Position numbers and translations under genes: made by a program. From NCBI GenBank assembly GCA_964016885.1, contig OZ024743.1, forward strand, positions 184,078,001-184,142,000: a stretch of 64,000 nucleotides of DNA, written 5' to 3'. Below, one piece after another: positions 54,461 to 64,000 of this stretch. Numbering within the stretch: position 1 is the stretch's first letter; each line of letters starts with the position of its first letter. The notes beneath the pieces were generated by a model. That model searched no databases and was not told where the DNA came from. It worked only from the letters and a program-made list of their open reading frames with translations. Source of the stretch: Eledone cirrhosa. Taxonomy: Eukaryota.

Positions 54461-55503
54461 AACGAGGGAGAAATTTGTTTCCCAACTATTTAACGCCCCA
54501 GAAAACGGAAACAAATTCCAGCCCAATGAAACTTTGAAGTCTGTGAAAAAGATTTACTTTTAATACAAAATACATCAACTAATGTTATATTTTTTAATAC
54601 TATATGTATGTATGGGGTCGTAAGGGAGCCGACGTGACCTGGAGCCCATCCCTTTTCCAGGTCTGACGTTCTCACTACATATAGCTGAATATATAAAATA
54701 TAAATCTACCAAAAATGATCAATGGTTTATCAGTTCACGTAACTATAAATACGTAGCAAATAAAGAGGTAGGTACTATAGGAATCAGATTAAGTAATTGC
54801 ATGCGCCATAGAAAATAACAATGCAATAAAATTACTGTACCAATAATTACTTATTCGGCAATTTAATTTTTAAAATTATTTTAAGTAGTGTTCGTTATAA
54901 AATAAATAAACCAGCTGGGTTATTCTAGTTATCCTTTGTCAAAACTTTTGTCCGACTAATTGAAGTACTGTACGGAATTTTTCCGAGTTTCTACAAACTT
55001 AAAATGTGCTGTAGCGTACATTAGTGTACAACAGCACCTCGTAAAATTATTTTACTTATTATGGCCCACATGGTATTTTTTATTGCTGAATCGCAAACGG
55101 TGGAAGACAACGAAAAAAAAATCGAGATGGTATTCGTTATCAGCGTCACTTTCGATGTTTTTGCCTCTATCATAAACCAACCTTTGCTTTCTCTAAGAAA
55201 GAAAGAAAAAAAGAAAGAAGAACTGATGGTAAAATCAGACTAAGGAAACTGTTACCATTGTTTTTTTCCATTGTTAATACTATTTGCTGGTCGCTACTCC
55301 TAGAAGAAGGGGTGGGATTTCAGCTCAGAACGTGCCCTGAACTGGTAATTTATTTATTGACTCTGAAAGGATAAATGGCAAAGTTGACCATGGCGGGATT
55401 TGAACTCAGAATACAGCGAGCCGAAATAAATACAGAGGCTTTTAATCTGACGCTCTAAATAACTGTCAAATCGATGAAATAAATAAAACACTGGAAAATT
55501 TAC

Positions 55504-55649
55504 CTGTAAAAGTAAGTTGTTGGTCGTCGAAACTAAAGTCTGGGTCATTCAGGCTGTCATAACCCGCTAAGAAATTGTTTTGAAGAACTTGTTCATCTGT
55601 ATTGCTTCCATTGACTACAACTTCGAAGTCGACAACAACGCTTCCTTCA
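55504..55649 (-). CDS. Host gene exon B: SEA domain C-terminal half, EGSVVVDFEVVVNGSNTDEQVLQNNFLAGYDSLNDPDFSFDDQQLTFT
   Basis: Acceptor ttacag, donor CAG|gtaaa; 146 nt, phase 2 to 1; open frame; GSVVV motif as in mucin SEA domains. Confidence 0.88.
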
Positions 55650-57066
55650 CTGTAATCCAGTAAAATATGTTCGCAGTTACGTAATTAATTAAGTTGTTAT
55701 ATAATGGAGAGAAGATTAGAAGTTTGATATGTTTATGTTTAACTAGAAACATTGTAAATGATTTGAAAAATATTTAAACTCTTTTGTTACGATTTTTGCA
55801 AATAATTTCGAAAATAATCAAGAATTTCGAGGGATTTAGTAATATAACTTTGGAACAAAACAAAAATCCTTACATAAAAGTATGATGGAAGCATTTTAGA
55901 TAAATATAAACACTTTGTATCATAGAACCAAAAGAGGTTTAATGCGATTTTACTATCAAAACTTTGTTGCAAAATCAGCTCATTGAAATGTTTGCTTCAC
56001 TTCTACAGTTTAAGAATTATAATAACTACTACATAAGACATTGTTTTTTTATGAACGGAATAAGTAATATTCGGTTTCTTCACAAATTCTCTAATCCGCT
56101 ATTCCATGAACATGGAGAATAGTTCAAGTTATAGAAATAAGCTGGTATAATATATTTTCACAGATTTGGAAAGAGAAAGTGAAATCAGAGTTTCCTAAAT
56201 TAGATATCGTAAGAGAGATCGTTAGAAGACAGTTGTTGTGCAAGAGAAATAATAAAACAAATGTTGAGGAGTACAAACAGCAATGAGTAGCTAAGGACTA
56301 AGTCTAGTTTTAATCTCTGCTAAAATAAAGATAGTGGTTGGGATCTTAAAATGAGTGACACATTAACATTATAAGATGTATACATGTATTCATTTCAACA
56401 TTTCTTTTATAACCCTTTGAAATGGTTGTATTTTCTAAGATGCGGGGTACCAACTATTTTATCTCAGACGTAACCTCCGACTACCAAATGAGACAACGTT
56501 GCTTATTTATAATAGTCTGCCGAGTCCATTTCTTTAATCCCAAAGAGGTGTTCACCACAGCGTTTTCAAAATACGTTTATAATATATGAATGACGAAAAA
56601 AAAGGAAGAGAGGATGGGGAGAAGAAAGCATTGCCGTGCCGTGGAGAACAGCCAGTGATATTCGCTGCATCAATCATTCTATTATGCAGATATCCTTCCT
56701 CAAGCGTGATCCATCCCCTCGTCTCAATATGAAGACCTGCCAACCTCTAAAAATCCAAAATAGGGAGAACAAATGCCCTAAAATAGCGAGAAATGGGGCA
56801 AAATGGGTAGATTTTACATAATGAAAGCTATACTCGTTTTCACAAAAACGGGGAGAAATGAGCCAAAACGGGAAAATCTCCCCGTTAGACGGGAATATGG
56901 CAGAGGAAAATGGCAGACTGGGGACCGAGGACACTCGAGGCTTAAATTTATTTCTTTTTGACATATGTTAAGTCAAAAAGTACTTTAGGGCATACGGGGG
57001 TGGAGTAATAGTGTTTGAATATGGCAACCTTAGTAATTTCAAATATACAAATAATTTATATACTAC

Positions 57067-57134
57067 CGGAAGCTAAGTATCCATATTTCTTGGATGGATC
57101 CTGCCAGACTGCTCTTATCAAAGACGGCCTTTAC
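57067..57134 (-). CDS. Host gene exon A (first seen in window): SEA domain middle, VKAVFDKSSLAGSIQEIWILSF(R)
   Basis: Acceptor ttttttcag, donor CG|gtagta; 68 nt, phase 0 to 2. Splices in frame to the next exon to give the SEA signature ILSFR-EGSVVVDF. Confidence 0.8.
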
Positions 57135-57149
57135 CTGAAAAAAATTATA

Positions 57150-57187
<38 letters not shown>

Positions 57188-57349
57188 AAGAGGGGGAAGG
57201 AGAGAAAGAGTTAAAGAGATAGATAGAGGGAAGGGGATGGCAGTAGGATGTCTGACTAAATGCACACGTGTTTTCCGCCTTAAAAACTTTTTTCCCGCTT
57301 TTTTTTCTTCTTACTCTCGCCTGTCTTTCGATGTTTTCTTATTATTATT

Positions 57350-57399
<50 letters not shown>

Positions 57400-57404
57400 T
57401 CTCG

Positions 57405-57442
<38 letters not shown>

Positions 57443-58161
57443 CTTATTCCATCGCCCGTTGAAGGACTAATGTCCGAAATGTGAGGAAACTTTTTCTACT
57501 ATATCAAGCGTTAAATTAATTGTTCGCCGATGTTGTTTTTCCTTGTTGACCTTTATGATACACACACACATGTATGTTTGCCTTATGTATGTATGCATGT
57601 ATGTGTGTATGTTTTTATGTGTGTATGTATGCATGTTTATATGTATGAATTCACGTGCATGCGTAAGTTTTTAACATTACTTGATAGAATGCATATCTCG
57701 GGGATCAGAGAGTCACTCCAAGTAGAGCCGCTACTTTCCAAATTGAAATATCACAGCTCCGATACTATGAACATGTGGATAGAATGTCTCATAAAAGAAT
57801 CGCTGGACAGATTTTATGGCAAAATCAATTGGCAGGAGACTCACGGGTTGACCCCGAGCAAGCTGGTTGGATAGCTGGTTTCGGTTAGGGATCCAGTCGG
57901 ATTAGTTGATCAGTGGAGGCAGTTACTTCTTACAAGTCCCACTGGAAAGAGTATTTGAGGACTCTGCGCCCCCCATCTCAGGAATAAGTGGGCGAAGAAG
58001 AAGCTTTTTTCACTTTGATTGTATATTTTTGTGTTATATTTATAAGGTTCCATGAATTCTATTTTTATGAGAAACATCGTGATTATAGTATCTTGCTAAT
58101 GTTTTTGAATTTTGAATAAGTTTCATGTCTGATCAAAAAGTGTAACACTCCTTGCTGTGCC

Positions 58162-58210
<49 letters not shown>

Positions 58211-58213
<3 letters not shown>

Positions 58214-60921
58214 AAACAAGATCAGAGCCTTGGTGGAAGAAACGACTGAGTGGTCAAATCAGGGAAATGAGAAATGACATTGGAAAGCTTGAGTCCCTAG
58301 TGAATAGGACACTAAAAAACATAGACACTAATAATAGACTGGAAATAAAGTACAAAACTAGGAGGAAAAAGCTAAATATTATCATAGAGGAACTGAAGCA
58401 ACGCATTGTAGCAAAGAGTGCAAAAATCAGGCGATACGAGAACAGAGTCAGCCAGTATAGACAGAACCGCATGTTCGAGAACAACCAGAAGATGCTGTTT
58501 GGACAGCTTGAAGGGAAAGAAAGAGGCAACGACTTGATCCCTGAGGTGGAACAAACTAAAACATTCTGGAGAGGAATATGGGAGCAGGATGTTAAACATA
58601 ATGACCAGGCAGTGTGGATTGAGACAGTACAGAAGGAGATTAGTGAACAGGCACACCAACAAACTGATTTGAGTATCACAGTTGAAACTCTTAAGGGGCA
58701 GGCCAAAAAACTAACCAACTGGAAATCACCTGGCCCAGATGGTGTGCAAGGGTATTAGATTAAAAACATAACATCCCTCCACCCGAAACTGACAACCATG
58801 TTCAATGACTGCTTGATGTCAGGTGAGGTACCAGAGTGGTTGACAAAAGGTACCACAGTTCTGATAATGAAAGACCGAATCAAGGGTAATGATGTTACCA
58901 ACTATAGACCTATCAAATGTCTGTCCGTAATGTGGAAACTGTTGACAAGTATTATGTCTGAGGAAATCTACCATCACCTCCACACAAACGACTTGTTACC
59001 GGACGAACAGAAAGGATGCCGAAAGAAGTCACGTGGTACAAAGGACCAGTTACTTATTGATAAGATGGTAATGAGGAATTGCAAGAGGAGACACACTGGT
59101 CTTGCCATGGGATGGATAGACTACAAAAAGGCATTTGACATGGTGCCTCATTCTTGGATCACCAAAAGCCTGGAGATCTTCAGGGTGGCAGATAACATCA
59201 GACAGTTGTTGGGCAAAAGTATGAAGTCCTGGGAAACAGAGTTAACATCAACTGGAGAATCCTTGGGAAGCGTGAAGATCAAGAGAGGTATCTTCCAGGG
59301 AGGTAGTCTGTCCCCTCTGTTGTTTGATGCCCCTGACCAGTGTACTGCGAAAAATGAGAGCAGGATACAGGTTGGGAAAGGGAGGGCTTACCATCAATCA
59401 CCTTCTCTTCATGGACGATCTTAAGCTCTTCGGGAAGAGTGAGAAGGAGTTGGATGTGCTTGTTGACACTGTCCGTATTTTCAGCAATGATATATGTATG
59501 CAATTTGGTATTAGTAAGTGTGGAGTCATGGTGATGAGGAGGGGTAAGTTGAGCAGAAGTAACGGAATCCAGATACCAACAGGTGAGATGATAAAAGAAA
59601 TTAACTCTGAGGAAGGATACAAGTATTTGGGCGTTCTGGAGGCTGATGACATCAAGAACAAAAAAATGAAGGAATTAATAAGAACTGAATACCTTCGGAG
59701 AGTAAGGAGCGTATTAAAGTCACATCTGAACAGTAGGAATGCCATAAGTGCAGTAAATTCCTGAGCTGTGTCTATTATTAGGTACAGTGCGGGAATTCTG
59801 AGATGGAATGTTGCTGAACAAAAAGAAATGGATAGGAAGACTAGGAAGCTATTGACTATCTACAATATCTTACACAAGAGGAGTGATGTCGATAGACTCT
59901 ACTTAAGGAGATCTGAAGGTGGAAGAGGTCTTATCAGCATAGAGGACTGTGTTCAGATGGAGAAAAACAACCTACACAAATACGTGACTGATAGTAAGGA
60001 GCCAATGCTCAGAACTGTACTGAAGGAGGGGACAATAGGCCAGGGGATGTCCAAGGAGGAAATAACATCAAGGAGAAAGAGCAGCCTTCATGAAAAATCC
60101 CTTCATAGTACCTTCTTTGAGAAAACTGAATTTAGAGATCCACAGACATGGAACTGGTTGAAAAGAGGAGACCTTAAAAAGCCTACAGAAGAAATGTTAA
60201 TGGCTGCGCAGGAGCAGGCCCTCAAAACGAAGTGGTTGAAACACCACATTTACAGGGAGGAGGCTAGCCCACTGTGCAGGATCTGTGGAGAGAGAGAGGA
60301 GACTGTGGCTCACATTGTATCCGAGTGTAAACACCTAGCCCAGACTGACTATAAGGGCTGGAGACATGATGTGATGGGCAGGGTGATCCACTGGCACCTA
60401 TGCAAAGTAAACAATTTACCACATTCTGAGAAGTGGTATGAGCATAAGCCAGAGTCGGTGATAGAAAACGATCAGGTGAAGGTGCTGTGGGATTTTAGGA
60501 TACAGACGGAGAAGAAACTGGAACACAATAGACCTGACCTGGTGGTTTTGGACAAAGAAAAAAGATCGTGCCTGATTGTGGATGTGGCCTGCCCATTCGA
60601 CACGAGAGTGCAAGAGAAGGAGAGGGAGAAAATTAACCGATACCAGGACTTAAAGTGGGAGGTAAAAAGGATTTGGAACTGCCATGAAGTCAAAGTGATC
60701 CCGATTGTCATAGGCGCACTAGGGACTATCTCAAAAAGTTTCCAGGGATGGTTAAAGAAAATTGGCCCCTTCCCGCTTTTTGGAACGCTTCAAAAGGCAT
60801 GTTTGCTGGGAACAGCAAGAACCCTCCGATACGTCCTGAATATCTGAGGCTGCAGGTAGTGGCTTGATATTCATTCCAACGGACTTTCCGGTTAACTAAC
60901 ATCAATGACTGAGACTCAAGG
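58211..60921 (+). mobile_element. Dong/R4-clade RLE LINE, 5'-truncated, inserted in (TAA)n
   Basis: RT motifs KSPGPDG, YRPI, WIDYKKAFDMVPH, GIFQG, FMDD, YKYLG; CRIC...H...C zinc knuckle, RHD, RPDL...IVDV...EK restriction-like endonuclease; (TAA)n at 58163-58211 and 60923-60938; at least two stops and one frameshift. Confidence 0.93.
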
Positions 60922-60938
60922 AGTAATAACAATAATAA

Positions 60939-63636
60939 TGTTTTCTTTATTAACCACAAGGGTTTACATAAAGTAGACATTAAGGACAGTACAGGACAAT
61001 ACAGCGCGGTACAAATGGGTATTTCTGCGTGTAAAAGAAAACAAGAAACAGAGGATGTAATAATAGAACAATGAAAAAATTCCCCAATAGGGGGGAGACT
61101 TCCGAGAGACATTGGTGGAGAAGACCCATTAAAAAGCCACAGTGACCCTGACCACCAGGGCAAGTGCCCTCTCCCAGTTTTCCACCTTTAATTTACAGAC
61201 ACATACTCAGAGTAGGCCCATTCACTCGGGCCATTCTTGCCTCTCTCACCCATCTTTCAATAAAATCCTGGGAAGAGAACACTTCCCTCTCTACCCTGAT
61301 TTTCCTTTTCAAATGAAATTTGAAAAAGTTAATCAGGGCATCACCGAAGAGGTAAGTGCTCGTCTTCAGCCCTTTCAAACGTGTCCACCATACTATCTCT
61401 TTCGCCATGGCCACCAGACAGATAAAAACTGCCTGCTCTTCCCGGCTAAAGGAAGAGGGCGGGGCAATCCTCACGATGGACTCAGCTGATAGCTGGATCC
61501 GTCCCACACGTGACAGCAGGTGTTCGACATAAACCCACAAGTCAGCAATGCTCGGACACTGGACGAGTGCGTGCAGGACGGTTTCGTCGCCCTGCGCGCA
61601 TCTCGGACATGCCCGGTTGACGGCACCTCCATGCCTGTAGAGTTTATCCCGAACTGGCAAAGCTCCTCGGTAGCACTGCCAGGCCAGGGATTTCTGGAAA
61701 TTGTCCATAGGCCCCGGCCCGAAAGTCCTTCCGAAGAGATTGGGTAGTTGATTTTCGTCGACGCCTAGAGTTTCTCCAAGTACGTCGTCGCTCTTCCCCT
61801 CCACTAATCCTCTATAGAACGCCAAGGTGGAGTTTCCACGGATCACATTGCCCGATTGGTCGAGGGCTGTGAGCGCCTGAAGACATTGCAGTCTCCAAGC
61901 GCTCCCTCTCGGTCTTCGCTTGACCCAGGACTGCAGCTCCGTCAAGGAGACGAGCTGGGGAAAGACGTGTCTAGCAAACGGAGACCACACCTGATCACCG
62001 TCGAGGAAGAGGTGAAGATGTCGTAGCCTGAGCGCGTGTCTGCGCATCATCAGCCACGGCATGCCCAGCCCTCCACGTAGCGGGTGTTGACAGCAGATGG
62101 ACCGCCTGACTATCGGAGCGCGTCCCTTCCACAAAAACGAAAGAGCAAACGCTCCAGCGCAGTCAGGCGGGGCTTAGGACAAGGTACGACGGTCAGGCGG
62201 TAGTAGATGACGGACGCGATATACGCGTTAGCCACCTCCGCTCGACCTTTCAGGGATAGCTTCCTCTCGGCCCATTTCTGGGTGAGAGAAGCCACCCTGC
62301 TCGTCACCTCCTCCCAATTTTTGTCCGTCTGGAGATCCGGACCGAACCAGACCCCGAGCAATTTAACTGGTCCGTCCGTCCAGCGCCCGATGACGCTGTT
62401 GGACGGCATGGACCTGCCTCTCCAGGTGCCGAGCTGCAGGCCCACTGACTTTTCCTGGTTGATCATTGCTCTTGTCACCGCTTCGTATTCTCTTAGTGCA
62501 GTGCCGATCTCCTCGATGTGTTTGGCGTTCGACACCACTACTGTGACATCGTCCGTATATGCTGACACGGATCTTCCGCATCCTAGTTCGCGCGGGTTCC
62601 CCCTCAACGTCTCCAGTTTGTGCAGTAATGGCTCGAGAGTCAATACGTACAAGAGGGACGAGAGGGGACATCCTTGGCGGACCGAGCGCATGATGTTGAA
62701 CGGTTCCGAAAGTGACCGTTCACTCTCACCACAGAGCAGATGTCGCTGTGCATGGCAGCGATACAGCCTCTGAAGACGGGCCCAAAGCCATCCGCCCTCA
62801 GTACTGCCGCTAGGTAACGATGGTCGACCCTATCGAAAGCTTTCGACTGATCTAAATTTATCAAGGACCCACCCGTGCCAGGTTCCCTAGCTACCCTCTC
62901 TACGATGTATCGCATGAGGTGGAGGTTGTCGTGGATGGATCTGTCGGGAATGGTGCATGTCTGCGCCTCTCCCACCAGACCACCAACGACAAGCGCCAAC
63001 CTCTTTGCTAGCACCTTGGCCAAAATCTTGAACTCTGTGTTTAGCAGAGTTATGGGCCTAAAATTATCTATGTTATCCCCTTGTTCGGATCCTTTCTCAG
63101 CAGCGCCACAGCTCCTCGGCTCACAGAGCTGGGAATTCTCCCGTTCTGTTGCCAGTTGCAGTAGACGTCCGCCAAGAGGCCTCCGAACAAGTCTGGCATC
63201 TGTACGTAAAGTTCATAGGGCAGACCATCCAAACCAGGCGATTTACCCCTTGTGCAGCTAGTCATTGCCTCCCGTACTTCAGCGTCTGTTATCGGCTTTT
63301 CACAACACTCCGCCTCAGTGGCCGAGAGCCGCGGCAGTCTGTCGAGGTAGACACTAAAGTCCATCCCTCGATCCGGCCCGCCGCTGCCCCCGAACAACTG
63401 AGCGAAGTGTCGCTGAAAAGCTTCACACATTTGCCCGAGATCGAGTAGCATGCGCCCGTCGTGGTTCACCAAAGACCGGATCGTGGCTTTGTTGCCACGA
63501 TGCGCCTCCGCCACTCGGGCCCATTGAACGGCTTTCGTCCCCTCGTGTCTGAGAGCACGCACCCTAGCTCTGATAACGCAGCCTTTGTGCTTTGCATTGA
63601 AGAATTGGTCATGGGCCAATTTCGCCGCAAGTACGT
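60939..63636 (-). mobile_element. Tx1-type LINE, ORF2 3' two-thirds (same subfamily as 1-3885)
   Basis: KSPGLDG, KAFDRVDH, RQGCPLS, YTDD, CPRC...H...C; AATAAA then (TTA)n; several frameshifts. Confidence 0.93.
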
Positions 63637-63639
63637 TAG

Positions 63640-63743
63640 ATCGCAGATATAAAAGACAGCGAGAGGCGAAAACCAACCAAACAGTGAGTGTGTTCTGTTA
63701 TTAATTCTGGCAATATTACACAAATATGACCCTCCCCAAGTAT

Positions 63744-63750
<7 letters not shown>
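63640..63750 (+). mobile_element. Penelope 3' terminal fragment
   Basis: Nearly identical to ~26545-26648 (gcgaaaaccaaccaaacagtgagtgtg...ccccaagtataacaata); ends at (TA)n. Confidence 0.88.
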
Positions 63751-63780
<30 letters not shown>

Positions 63781-64000
63781 AAAAGATTTGAATGGATACA
63801 GTTTAGTTGAAAGGAATTTATTGACACGTGTTTCTATAACAGTTACATAACCTAAAACAGCTGCTATCTACAAACTTTTAGTTATGCAGACATTCAATAT
63901 TTCAATGTTATTATTTACTGTCATTTCATCAGAATAATATTACTGAGGACCTATTTACTTTTTATAGAGAATATTAGGAGGGAGGGGTGAAGTTGTTAGA

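Noticed and set aside
57451-57486. Hammerhead-like ccgttga-a-ggac(taat)gtcc-gaaatgtg
   Set aside because: Two core mismatches and no convincing stem I or cleavage triplet; at most a dead relic.

Overview
Repeat-saturated animal genomic DNA. It is probably a coleoid cephalopod such as Octopus, inferred only from the recurrent SINE family and microsatellite style. The right half carries eight minus-strand coding exons (57134 down to 37310, all GT-AG and phase-compatible, ~1409 codons) of an incomplete host gene: SEA domain with an FREGSVVV autoproteolysis motif, ~1175 aa Ser/Thr-rich mucin-like region, short linker, then three calcium-binding EGF modules. The rest is nested transposable-element debris: several Tx1/L1-clade LINEs, a dead 7.3 kb Helitron plus two non-autonomous Helitrons, two copies of a ~2 kb non-coding LTR element with tRNA-Trp primer sites and 4-bp TSDs, a fold-back Penelope (GIY-YIG) element, a Dong/R4-type RLE LINE in (TAA)n, RTE and mariner relics, a hAT MITE, SINEs and a 28S rRNA fragment. 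The signals least explained by the ORF track are (i) at least five structurally complete minimal type I hammerhead ribozymes in small non-coding elements at (TA)n arrays, including a 416-nt ribozyme-to-ribozyme tandem unit with a ~355-bp fold-back arm (retrozyme / Penelope pLTR-like), and (ii) a 32-nt tRNA-Trp copy at an LTR primer site with a mismatch exactly opposite A58, a likely fossil of reverse transcriptase read-through of m1A58. All calls were made by eye; TE boundaries without TSDs are approximate.
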